From a virus (Duplodnaviria; Caudoviricetes), in the IMG/VR virus record IMGVR_UViG_3300048016_000221, positions 1 to 39,943 of that record: a DNA stretch of 39,943 nucleotides. One strand, 5' to 3'. Shown in pieces: positions 30,301-35,635 of the stretch. A program made the position numbers and the translations under genes. Numbering within the stretch: position 1 is the first letter of the stretch; each line of letters opens with the position of its first letter. Under the pieces are notes generated by a model. The model saw nothing but the letters and a program-made list of their open reading frames with translations. It had not been told where the DNA came from and searched no databases.

Positions 30301-32008
30301 CAAAGCGGGGTATCGAGCCGCCAAGCAGCTTCTCTCCGCCTTCCCACACATGGCGAAGTGGGTGTGGGCAAAGGTGCGAGGCAAAGACCCAGCCTCCCTG
30401 GTGGCCGCGTCCATCGCGGTGGAGCACGCCCGTCACAGACCTGGCATGGTGGCGTCGAAAGAACTGCAAGAGTTCTACGACCGCAACATCCTCCAGCCGA
30501 TGCCGGATGTCGCCTCCCTGCGCATGACCGAGGAGGAGCTTGCTCGCAGTGTGATGGGAGCCATGTCCGCGCCGGAGTTCCTGCTGCAAGGAGTCCACAA
30601 GCCTGCCAAGGACGCCAACTGGTACGACAACACCATCAAACGACAGGTGCATGCCGCCGTGGACTTCCTGAGCTTCATTGGCTCGGTGTCCGAGGCGGCA
30701 CCCAAGATCGCTGCATACCAGACGCTGAAGGAGAAGAAAGACTCCACAGGCGCGGCGAAGTTCACCGACGCGGAAGCAACTTATCTTGCCACGCTTGAGG
30801 GCATCCCGCGCCCCAGTGTGGCCGGTGCCCACAACGCCACGTTGGAGATGGTGCTGATGTTCTTCCGTGTGGCCGTGCAATCGTGGCGTAAGCATCTCGT
30901 CATGGCAACGCAGCCCAAGACGCGGGCCGGATTCCTGATGCGCCACATGCTGTTTGAAGGAGCGAAGTTCGGCCTACAAGCCATGGCTGCCAACGGTGCC
31001 ATTGACTACCTCATCGCCATGGCAGCAGCGGCGGGGGACGATGATGACGACCCGGAGAAGCACAAGCAGGTGGACTGGGCGGAAGCCATGGGCCGACAAT
31101 CCAGTTACAAGCTCAGCCGTGGCGGCATCGGCCCGCTGATCTGCTGGGTGCTTCCTGATGGCAGCATCGAGCCGCCCTGGGGGCACAAGACCATTCCCGC
31201 CGACTGGACTCCCATCATGCCTCGTCTGCCCGGCACGGAACTTAGCCGTGAGGCCGACCCGTTGGCCTACTACGTCACGTCCAAGACGCTGGCTCCGTCC
31301 ATCGCCCCGGTGAATGAGGACATGTTCTGGAACGACTTCATGCGGACCATCGTTCCGGCACTCAACCCTTCGTTCGACGTGGTCTCCGACGCCATGAGTG
31401 TGGTGGGACCAACGCCGCCCCGCGACAGTTACCGGGGACGCGACAAGGTCGAACAGCGCATCTGGGATGAGGGCTACGTTGCCCGCCTGATTGGGTTGGG
31501 AGAGCATCACCTGAAATCATCTTTCGGCATCGGCTCAAACTCGTACGATACCCAACTGCCGGGCGCGTGGAACGTGCTCAAGCAGCCCGGCTTCAAATCG
31601 TTGATCACCAGCGACAACATGGTGGGAGTGCGTGAGGAGCAGAGGGCGCGTCGCGAAAACGACCTCACCAGCTCGTTCGCGCAGAACATGGTGGGTGAAA
31701 AGTTCGGCGTCATCAAGAACACCTTCAACCGCCTCAAGGCCAAGGAAACGCCGAAGACACCACAAGAGGAAGCAATCTACAAGACTCTGGGGCCGATCAT
31801 GTCGCGGGCTTTCTACGGCACCGAGAAGCGCGACGGGCTTTACGACGTTCTGCAAAGGTATGCCCGCATGAGAGCGAAGGGTTTGCAGGACACGTCGGGC
31901 GGCAAGGTCTTGAAGGCCGAAGCCGAGCAGGCCGTGCTGGATTTGGAGACCATTGCCACGGAGCTTCAACCAACCTTGGAATACCTCCGCACTCACACCC
32001 TGCCATGA
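18365..32008 (+). CDS. Giant (4547 aa) polyvalent virion/ejection protein
   Basis: Gly/Ala hydrophobic N-terminal region; kinase-like (IGEGSESEVY..VLKV..DLYDGGNII, about 20200-20600); GHKL ATPase (RESLQNSLDA, EDNGVGM, GGFGIAK, GTKI, about 21190-21550); HExxH at 22469, 23735, 24956 and 28514, EExxH at 26744; ART-like at about 23035-23370 and 27440-27750 (VYHGT..WFS..GYDA..VFDPNQIKSA); LPD23 (TGWFPGKYDGKMRWEVPD, about 24600-24770); SAP at 25739-25834; LPD38-type C-terminal region. Confidence 0.88.
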   Translation: MPAYVVELEGGKKFRVEADSPPTEQDIQQFLGEESSAKEEPFLDVSDILSAAGGAVKGLPTTVPHAFRQLYSGLDNPWERSTGYEESQKANDTYGQELEAANQAAVESGDISTMSRGMRQAGQSLGFSGGAMAAGLVGSTLGGTAYGAVGRSLGAVAGPGGAIAGEAIGRGAGALAAGYGAAYRMAGAQFLDDARKEVDAKFLQVAGRLPNAEEQAEAYRELKPLAEAFGHAEAGPEAIGNLAMAGAGKYVFGLGKKTIEKLAAGALKKTGAVAGGLATELGGETATQVEQNRIEADKQALLQGQEPVAPTPRTVEEYAQAFKEVAPATLATMGLMSSVPAAMKGASLLRDALSGAYDKDKAAQEAEFPGSSPSAQGISDDESRANFAAGGKPVIDPTTGDVKYLPPGVTLEAAAAQRGDMRKTAEAAAKRGIPVEVDGQVIAYIPPDSDLTPEQVADFAGEPDTLKAMARKGQITLPEIIAPIPGVPEEITTAMNEQVAAAAALAPGTVEALKASEAATPPPTRRQQIQARLAEIENQYGPREDVIVGADGNPTQTRPRRINTTEEDALLKEVEGINAAENTAPVQSPRDPANDAEAAKTKEFTQAEIDAKEKIGEGSESEVYADGDKVLKVSESYNQAETLAERVEYALRAEKLLGNLSGLQYAGFRRGRNGVLNPVFSQRRIDGPSASRAQVQELFRDHGWTENSDGTFYIDTEAGRVSTLSDLYDGGNIIVAEGKVIPRDVATVVEATPTPQVSPVTPATETHADAAIVAATATEVAPTVTDEIQPSVLTPAAAESTAEIQPDVETFEQKAIPKLSNRIQELGGLLTDSEAFGDSEFYDGTFPIPRTGGVFAAKSTNKYRTDPEYAHKVDSAIKDITDTMVRANRQRMILTGVPGSGKFDVNFSVEKARATYGVNVVRAWNNEARQKYPYTSRLGNVSVRESLQNSLDAVLGAIETKQIKQGEISIDTETHDRKGFIVEDNGVGMSDVDIGEKFLSLHSTGKAVQGRFGGFGIAKAVILGPSETATWTLQTRDNEFDHDAAQANEVVRGVPYRQGTKIDVVTQDRIIDDGAKKYVETTELPKNVVVKFNGEAPVYPFKGMRSPMKKTVKVNDSTSYDISYYPKAPEGYENVNVIRLVDQKTGAKLTQSLSPAGSYNFKGAFVIDITTTATPGSSEYPLTDSRMEIKYGAPMEAIRGITEKVAVDPYSTNRGDVPSTMRNTSDMSEWKDTIADAYNPDGGYHKLFEVISNIWEKTGQYSGSSSKPITRIEDLRIKVDTGYKGYRGGTTFHAKHLAAYEAVSRLMAPDAGARVTEFYGMLSKSVDGSTRGAEHAAGGVMGFNFLNIDKTALKSPVSYALYLRDLVAHELTHDFHDRHNEEFTSKEIEVQRATAHLFPDILKIAEATLGQESGLGGKTKTVTKTVEKRVEVPVIVEKVVEVEAPKRETTPEEKYLPPQQLQFIYENAELPTTSEATDDLYYPRQEVAGNLWSQPIRTSGSSARLSSEAKDTGIGSRTQQSDSSGFPVSKSGSVGAGAVDAGEGLDSSTAADLRAASVKVTFTHSTKTEPGKGQQSGYFPGTYAYEDGTPEGLRRTSEGEKFTGSLSESDIYTAQDAEQLKKDAAKAGFGYHTGNGNAEVKYLQSLGYKAMRRGSTGGTEIIVFDHNDAGFQRVAASPAISADLRAAEATNTAYAKHLGLPTAPTVVEDAGAMLKQAMQRAADSPALKNSPLLRMIAKILARLDFAGLSLEVVAEGKGDFAGSYNSATQRVMLDLRAVARDNLTLPANLIHELLHHFTMEKIANPLTAVERRAVAQLEKIRAGVEQYLKQQGLAEKYDYEIGSLREFVTHLGTREDFVDLLKNIPANFVPRAPGTKFRSVLSDISRWLAELLSNRQVERGSALEQAMEAALALVQSPQHQFGGDGVARSPTTGRNAKLVASLPSEVVAAAERIVSTGTISDEDATIIKQSAVASLLDEADDAATVDNLRDLLGVADSNYDQQNAQGGAAVNQAFAQRVALKELSKRVHREKALSAADEQWIRENAPMYLGKTRDATLRNVSRFYVNTLTSESDHIAHTMAGEKAEVPQFMRDSLETAKAMAAAGKTSEEIRAVTGWFPGKYDGKMRWEVPDEGAKLHKDWQSKDTVGEAIDHPDLFRAYPEARDIYLKELLHPGMEAASYQDGVIRFRKSANLSILLHEVQHWIQEQEGFAKGGDFRMAFADPRMGVGSKEGIRGATRILKRILANMRKPLSMEEFAKSAWQSDVVTPEIEESYKEYLETKKKAGTDYNLERLAQETAAKEWYRNLAGEIEARDVQARQNFTPEQRKAIAPYSSENIAKEDAIVMFGSNGPQESRGYRSPADLLAETAGKLKGEAAAKPGGLSSMFNPKPGRPATGERTLFETPKAADPVSSRVSNKTASETTESNENPSQVTNIANAVDAATNAVKTATSIAEASPTLETLTVDELKQVARNTGYPATGSKKELVQRLLSAVNYRASAVAIRGDAVVPNVPVAQRTPEQQARFDEEMRQAEAAAPKALKVRKPDRSQEAFNRNMGAIRSSPLDLAAAYQSAAQGSSTSMLPLDAVFAAAQAVNPSLTEAAFIDSVKQAYDAGTVLLEGAGSQREADNAGMTIPGMPVGTVVRMMVPESTSPTYAAPINPAQSDEHRGGTSDPATGGSQDNAPVSPELDARRKEAISAAVAEHDWGNYTREQKVAAAESFLTKWVSPVRALEFPADVGIRVSVGDGSGANVTVHEVPSQPVGVVVNVGQSRVIDKYANLAPEQVFAHLYDSAQEEIIHVAHYLGIYRQWQATRVKGDTTKFLPYLKRKLKETFDQMNQARLDLQQTNPAAAQKIKDAMLASWNLYHRDDPVTGIAGLWNRLEGKPEAQMDFTSEMVRMLTQLKRQDFTTETGWQKFRSMLAKWLTDAINALRGAQDVFRSGMAGDLIQRQLADLEAALDGRPLPPGPATKLALDVRFAELTASLPEEMTAEDIATFKAEHPAEYAELEAMRAEVLKAGGWDVGPVYHGTYGGVAAFDDPVFNTQRAGGVWFSTNREYADGFARGRSDAFYVKADNILDVDLDVIEKPSEDDVNGAVNSGYDALRYEGQEGDSDGGQIFVFDPNQIKSADPLSPGPKIPPSQWGDDSSPLITRAAPMRADTARQREADKVFGVMKEDDRFEEGVDMYDRLKAKPSQPSAGNSTPPRFTNAAQFAAEFEAAFLRGDFDYFLEALKQSDRHIYVPEMKKYLLATKLDPTDKYAADRLDWFRSAIAGTVPATAKPQTKTKPPPPPAGAAATPPPPAATPPPPAATPPPKAGVSNRPMLTLNPPAMGLIARMLGAGIRINELLRRARGTAVVNFADGSELQLSEHLFKDPVQAAKTLAHEIGHLFDAMPASGIGQKLAGRIAPLGDFRKVFGDDLADWSMEGGKKMKLSKINSLILAELVALSKKWRGDFTYKPGTYRSKGSELYADFISAILNDPQWAAKNAPYSTLGFLNALEDQQKPEVDEAYRLVVSLVQGGSLYKALAEADETKSTTALERLIAKSSALMRAKKTLNDATRGLYRSMFGKWLPTAIRDGGIWKSYWKRIKSVGTLKDYNWAQEEASQFAVRQIARFDDAMANAVGVPMKLAGISPEYLQRLQTNNRIIHERRRVGVLIEQDPAKARELLKWMIDAGLLGQDVQDEVDGAADADLYAMTAKVIYKLHENGESFERALKAARRKDAPADAEKALYAFDVSGFMLNPNVHTMETAEADNADLKQTLGPNLFGELERINEGYHDLIKRTMIEANNLGLFRPSTWEDVIVPNFGVYVPFMPIKYFTGRVGGGIGPARVGTAHDLIAPHVVGTLKMHALIHRMQRQKQAHILLDFFNTNGFSNDLEPVEDENFDQAKADELTRHSKHTISYLPYWDNGEYKWVKINGTDAVPLVQNSDPDDLAALYKVMRSNTNLWRLNFTIFSIGFNINNALRNIASPAADIGPKAGYRAAKQLLSAFPHMAKWVWAKVRGKDPASLVAASIAVEHARHRPGMVASKELQEFYDRNILQPMPDVASLRMTEEELARSVMGAMSAPEFLLQGVHKPAKDANWYDNTIKRQVHAAVDFLSFIGSVSEAAPKIAAYQTLKEKKDSTGAAKFTDAEATYLATLEGIPRPSVAGAHNATLEMVLMFFRVAVQSWRKHLVMATQPKTRAGFLMRHMLFEGAKFGLQAMAANGAIDYLIAMAAAAGDDDDDPEKHKQVDWAEAMGRQSSYKLSRGGIGPLICWVLPDGSIEPPWGHKTIPADWTPIMPRLPGTELSREADPLAYYVTSKTLAPSIAPVNEDMFWNDFMRTIVPALNPSFDVVSDAMSVVGPTPPRDSYRGRDKVEQRIWDEGYVARLIGLGEHHLKSSFGIGSNSYDTQLPGAWNVLKQPGFKSLITSDNMVGVREEQRARRENDLTSSFAQNMVGEKFGVIKNTFNRLKAKETPKTPQEEAIYKTLGPIMSRAFYGTEKRDGLYDVLQRYARMRAKGLQDTSGGKVLKAEAEQAVLDLETIATELQPTLEYLRTHTLP
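22758..23000 (+). CDS. Putative overprinted 80-aa gene in the +1 frame of the giant gene
   Basis: MKTPSYQPPVRPRTTSIIQDKKLLETSGASQSEQVEALLDSAARQKTLELGAGLNSRIHQAFLSLSREVWELAQSMRAKG*; coincides with an S/G-rich linker in the main frame. Confidence 0.4.
   Translation: MKTPSYQPPVRPRTTSIIQDKKLLETSGASQSEQVEALLDSAARQKTLELGAGLNSRIHQAFLSLSREVWELAQSMRAKG
28247..28302 (+). repeat. 21-bp coding tandem repeat (AATPPPP), about 2.7 copies
   Basis: GCCGCGACACCGCCACCTCCT at 28247 and 28268, partial copy at 28289. Confidence 0.9.
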
Positions 32009-32592
32009 AACGCCCCGCCAACGAAGCCATCGTCCCGTCCGGCGGTCGCTGGAAATACCTCGACCCGCTTACCGGTGTGCCGTTCTCCACCGACAACCTG
32101 ACCGTGCTGTTGCAGGAGGTGCGGGGCCAGCGCAAAGCCAATGGCATTGAGATCGAGAGCGGCTGGGAGATCGCAGTGCTGGATGAACTCTGTGAACAGA
32201 ACTCCAATGTCGAGTGCCACGATGTGGAGAACCCGGAGATTCCCATGACCGGGGACGACGTGAAACGGTTCCTGCTCACGCTCAAAGAGCAGCTCGGCAA
32301 AGAACTCGTGAGCGAGGAAGAGCATCGCCGCCGTGCGGACATCTGTCTCACCTGCCCCAAGTTGGGCTACGTCTCCTGCACCTTCCCGTGTGGCTGGGTC
32401 GCCGGTATGCTCACTGAGTTGCTAGGAGGTAGGCGGATTCACCGGCCAGCGGAGTTCTACAAGCGCGGCTGCAAAGCGTGTGGGTGCGACGTGACGAGCA
32501 AGTCGTACTACCCTCTCGACGTGCTCAAGACTGTTGACGAGAAGCTGGGGAAGAACCCTGACTATTGGGAGCACTGTTGGATGCGGAACTAA
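32005..32592 (+). CDS. Cys-rich zinc-binding hypothetical protein
   Basis: RADICLTCP, CTFPC, CKACGC and CW motifs; N-terminal PSGGRWKY module; ATGA-coupled to the giant gene. Confidence 0.7.
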   Translation: MKRPANEAIVPSGGRWKYLDPLTGVPFSTDNLTVLLQEVRGQRKANGIEIESGWEIAVLDELCEQNSNVECHDVENPEIPMTGDDVKRFLLTLKEQLGKELVSEEEHRRRADICLTCPKLGYVSCTFPCGWVAGMLTELLGGRRIHRPAEFYKRGCKACGCDVTSKSYYPLDVLKTVDEKLGKNPDYWEHCWMRN

Positions 32593-32747
32593 CGCCAAGG
32601 CCGGTAGGTGGTTTGGCAAGCAGCCAATAGGCAGCCAAAGACGACCCCGATACAGATGGCGATGACCATGTCCTCAGAGGTCAAAGTTTCTGGCACTGCC
32701 TCAGCAGCTTCGCCACCGTACTGATACCAAGAGAACGCGATATTCAT
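32589..32747 (-). CDS. 52-aa membrane peptide
   Basis: MNIAFSWYQYGGEAAEAVPETLTSEDMVIAICIGVVFGCLLAACQTTYRPWR*; its stop overlaps the convergent stop at 32590-32592. Not in the track. Confidence 0.5.
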   Translation of the reverse strand: MNIAFSWYQYGGEAAEAVPETLTSEDMVIAICIGVVFGCLLAACQTTYRPWR

Positions 32748-32765
32748 GGTTTTGTCTGTTGAATG

Positions 32766-32890
32766 TTGGAAGGTTGAATTGAGCGGGCGGTGTGTATCAC
32801 CGCTGTCAGCGTGACGTATCTGTTAGCTCTCGGGTTACAAGTCCGCGCCTTCAAACCGTCTCACGCCGCCGCTCAATTCAGCCCTTCCAA
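32766..32890 (-). ncRNA. tRNA-like structured RNA (Thr-UGU-like loop, long closing stem)
   Basis: Minus strand: TGAGCGG/CCGCTCA acceptor-like stem within a 12-bp perfect (about 21-bp imperfect) inverted repeat; loop CTTGTAA; GCGGT-GATACAC-ACCGC 5-bp/7-nt T-arm-like hairpin; no TTC and no CCA. Confidence 0.45.
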
Positions 32891-32891
32891 T

Positions 32892-32970
32892 TGGAGCGAG
32901 GGGGGGGGATTTGCACCCTCGTCTCTGCCGCCGAGAGCAGCAGCTCTGGAACTACTCCAGTCACCCAAGC
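32892..32970 (-). tRNA. Aberrant tRNA or pseudo-tRNA, anticodon CTC (Glu)
   Basis: GCTTGGG TG A CTGGA-GTAGT-TCCAG AG CTGCTG-CTCTCGG-CGGCAG AGAC GAGGG-TGCAAAT-CCCCC CCCCTCGC T CCA; encoded CCA; two acceptor mismatches and a non-canonical T-loop. Confidence 0.55.
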
Positions 32971-32976
32971 GGAATT

Positions 32977-33004
32977 AGTATGCAGAAACTTCGCGGTCTG
33001 TCAA
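32977..33004 (-). promoter_or_regulatory. Sigma70-like promoter for the tRNA-like pair
   Basis: TTGACA (33004-32999) - 16 bp - CATACT (32982-32977); the predicted +1 falls at about 32970, the first base of the tRNA-like element. Confidence 0.55.
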
Positions 33005-34245
33005 TCCTTTGTGATGTTGATCGTGCTCTGCACCCAGCCCGCCGTCGCCACGATGTAGCCGTTGGTGGCGAACGTGCCGACGAGGTCGGGGACGCCGACC
33101 TTCAGCTTGGCAGCCAGGTCGTTGATCCGCATCTTCTTGCCGTTGAGGGCTTTCTCAATGTCGGCACGGGTGATGGTCTTGGATTCCTTGACCTTGGTGA
33201 CGGTATGCACGGGAGGCTTTGGTGCGACCACGGGGACGACCGTCTCCGGCTCGGGAGCCTGCGAGGGTTGCTTGTCCTCGCTGCCCCAGAAGCCGTCGTC
33301 CGCCACTCCAGCAGGGGAGGGGATGCCGGGAGCCTCACCAACACCTTTGTCGTAGATACCGGCAGGGGAGGGGATGCCGTCCGCTCCTTCGGGTCCAGGA
33401 GTATCGAAAGCTGGGTCAAAGAAGGTGGTCGCCTTCTTCAGAGCCGCGATCTTCCCTGCGCTTTGTGTAGGGTGACGCATCATCCCCAGCACGATCTTTG
33501 CCAGTGAGCCGTCCTTGCAGCCGTGAATCAGCAGCGCCTGCGCAGGCACCATTCCGCCACGCTTGCGCACAACTCTTTCGCCGTGATCCACTGACTGGCA
33601 GAGGAGTTCTCCCCCTTCCAGGTGATAGTTCTCCGTCGCCCACATGTCGGCGATGAGCGGGGTGTCGGACACGCCGATGTTCTTGATCGCCCAGCGCAGG
33701 TAGATGTCCCACGGGATGCGCGGGTTCATCCACGCCGGTTTGGCGAGGTCGGCGATGAGTGGCTTGATACGCTCGTCGCGTTCCATGTGAGCCGGATAGA
33801 TGCCGCAGCCCATCATCATGGTGTCACCACCCTTGAACATCAGTTTGCCGTTGTCCTCGAACGGCGTCAGCACGACGTTACCCATGAACGGGGTGCCGCG
33901 CATGCGGTAGTCATCGAGCAGTTTGTCGGCCCAGCGCGGCGATACGGGCAGCATGTCCGGTTCCATCAGCAGGAATGGCTCAGAGTTGCCCGTCAGGCCG
34001 AAGGCATCTACCACCGCAGCAAAGTGGTTGTTGCACGCCACCGGAGGACCGCCCTCGAAGTCGCGGTTGAGGGGATGCACCTGTGCGCCGAGGCGCTCCG
34101 CCGCTTCATAGGCGGCATCTTTGGCAGCAAGCGTGGGGAAGTAGATCACCTGATGCTCTTCCAAGCCGCCCATCTTGAGCAGGCAGTCAGCTTGGGCGGG
34201 GAGAAGGTGCTTGTCGTGGGCGGATACGGGGATGGCGATTTTCAT
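33001..34245 (-). CDS. Putative GT-A-fold glycosyltransferase with a Pro-rich linker and small basic C-terminal domain
   Basis: KIAIPVS N-terminal strand, FLLMEPD (ExD metal-binding motif after hydrophobics), GCGIYP, WDIY, LIHGCKDGS; two GIPSPAG repeats; position in a GT cluster. Confidence 0.5.
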   Translation of the reverse strand: MKIAIPVSAHDKHLLPAQADCLLKMGGLEEHQVIYFPTLAAKDAAYEAAERLGAQVHPLNRDFEGGPPVACNNHFAAVVDAFGLTGNSEPFLLMEPDMLPVSPRWADKLLDDYRMRGTPFMGNVVLTPFEDNGKLMFKGGDTMMMGCGIYPAHMERDERIKPLIADLAKPAWMNPRIPWDIYLRWAIKNIGVSDTPLIADMWATENYHLEGGELLCQSVDHGERVVRKRGGMVPAQALLIHGCKDGSLAKIVLGMMRHPTQSAGKIAALKKATTFFDPAFDTPGPEGADGIPSPAGIYDKGVGEAPGIPSPAGVADDGFWGSEDKQPSQAPEPETVVPVVAPKPPVHTVTKVKESKTITRADIEKALNGKKMRINDLAAKLKVGVPDLVGTFATNGYIVATAGWVQSTINITKD

Positions 34246-34637
34246 GCTTGGAGGATGTATTGAGGGACTTGGACGTACTGGCCGTCTTTGAAGTTGTAGC
34301 GCGGTGAGAAGGAGTCCGTGAGCGTGTTCAGCGTTCGCGGCAGTTGGTGCAGGGCTTCGTGACTGCCCACTACGAAAGCATGTTCAGACATCGGTACGCC
34401 TCCGGGCAACGTCAGATCAATGTCGTAACGTAGCGGCTCTTGCGGATGGCGGAGAATCCTCACTGCGTAGCTTTGCTCCGAGGACAGGATGAAAATGTCC
34501 TCATAGGCCGCATTCACGTACTCCGGGTTGAGGACACACTGCGCAGCCTTGGGCATCAACGGACGCAAGCCGGTCAACTCGATGGCTGCGGCACACGCGG
34601 CTCCGGCGAGGAGTTTGAAGAGGGAGCGGCGGTTCAT
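34242..34637 (-). CDS. Twin-arginine-signal protein with permuted major-capsid-like segments
   Basis: MNRRSLFKLLAGAACAAA Tat-like signal; LNPEYVNAAYEDIFILS and DSFSPRYNFKDGQYVQVPQY match two capsid segments; ATGA-coupled to 34245 and 4-bp overlap with 34634. Confidence 0.7.
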   Translation of the reverse strand: MNRRSLFKLLAGAACAAAIELTGLRPLMPKAAQCVLNPEYVNAAYEDIFILSSEQSYAVRILRHPQEPLRYDIDLTLPGGVPMSEHAFVVGSHEALHQLPRTLNTLTDSFSPRYNFKDGQYVQVPQYILQA

Positions 34638-35635
34638 GGTCGGCTGTTCTCGATGGCTTGTTCAAACTTGAGGTATCTGGCCCGCTCGCCAGGGTCGGCG
34701 AAGAAGTCAGGACACCTTTCCACATTGGCAGAATATACACGGTCGCCTGCTTCTGCAATGGAGAGATTTTCCCTTTGTGCAACTTCCTTCACCAGCAATT
34801 CAAAGACCGGGCTGGGCAGGTACTCGGCGTAGCGCCAACCTCCTCCCGGTGGAGTGACGTGGGTTCGCCTCTCCGCTGGCGGACGCTTGCCGCGCAGCAC
34901 GGTGCCGTCAGGCAATGTGACCACCCCGTCGGCGACGTAGGTGGCGTTGGGTCGCACATAGACGCAGTCGGGCAGCTCCAGGTTGGACTCTTGAATGCTG
35001 TGATGCTTCATGCCTTCTGCGAGAGCATAAGCGCACGACTGGTTGCCGATGAACAGGTCCGAGCCTTTGATCACCTGCGCCATCTCCAGCAGGTTGGCGG
35101 TGGGGTGGTGGCTGACATAGCCGTGGTTGTTGACGAACTCGCGCCATTCGTGCTCCAGCCCGATGAACAACAGTCGGCTGCCGTAGTGCGCTACGATCTC
35201 CGTCCACGGGAACCGGTCATTGCGGTAGCGGCTAGTGCGGTTGATCACCACTCGCCCGCGTGGCACGGCAGACGGCTCGACGCCGTGCAGCCACGGCTCT
35301 TTGGCAGTGAAGCCGCGACCGATGCCGTGCTTTTTGATCAGGTGATTCAGGTGCGCCTGCATCAACGTCTCGCCGGGGGAGAAGTGCCGTTCGCGGAAGT
35401 CCTCACTGCGCCAGTCCACTGGATCATCTTGGCCGATGAGGTTGATGTCACGGATGTAGGGTTGCAGGCGCACCAACTTTTCGAGATTGGCAAACAGGCG
35501 TTGCAACCCTTCATCGTCTTTGGCCTTGGTCCACTTGGACGACCGCAGCGATAGCGTGTGCGGGCCACCGGGTATCTGACTGATGATATTCAGAAGATAT
35601 ATGCAGTCACCATTGTCCCCCGTGCTAGAGATCAT
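34634..35635 (-). CDS. GT9-like (ADP-heptose:LPS heptosyltransferase-like, GT-B) glycosyltransferase
   Basis: ATG 35635 (MISSTGDNGDCIY; the GD.GD motif resembles the GT9 xGD start), LVRLQPYI, RFPW, LLEMAQVIKGSDLFIGNQSCAYALAEG (GT9 DLxIGNDSG..HLA). Confidence 0.7.
   Translation of the reverse strand: MISSTGDNGDCIYLLNIISQIPGGPHTLSLRSSKWTKAKDDEGLQRLFANLEKLVRLQPYIRDINLIGQDDPVDWRSEDFRERHFSPGETLMQAHLNHLIKKHGIGRGFTAKEPWLHGVEPSAVPRGRVVINRTSRYRNDRFPWTEIVAHYGSRLLFIGLEHEWREFVNNHGYVSHHPTANLLEMAQVIKGSDLFIGNQSCAYALAEGMKHHSIQESNLELPDCVYVRPNATYVADGVVTLPDGTVLRGKRPPAERRTHVTPPGGGWRYAEYLPSPVFELLVKEVAQRENLSIAEAGDRVYSANVERCPDFFADPGERARYLKFEQAIENSRP

Noticed and set aside
18365-32008. Virion RNA polymerase (N4/crAss-like) or DarB helicase-methyltransferase as the identity of the giant ORF
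   Set aside because: I did not notice polymerase catalytic motifs, SNF2 DEAH motifs or an NPPY/F methylase motif; a highly diverged domain cannot be excluded without structure prediction.
32790-33058. Plus-strand ORFs 32790-32978 and 32792-33058
   Set aside because: They overlap the tRNA-like elements and their promoter, and their composition is not protein-like.
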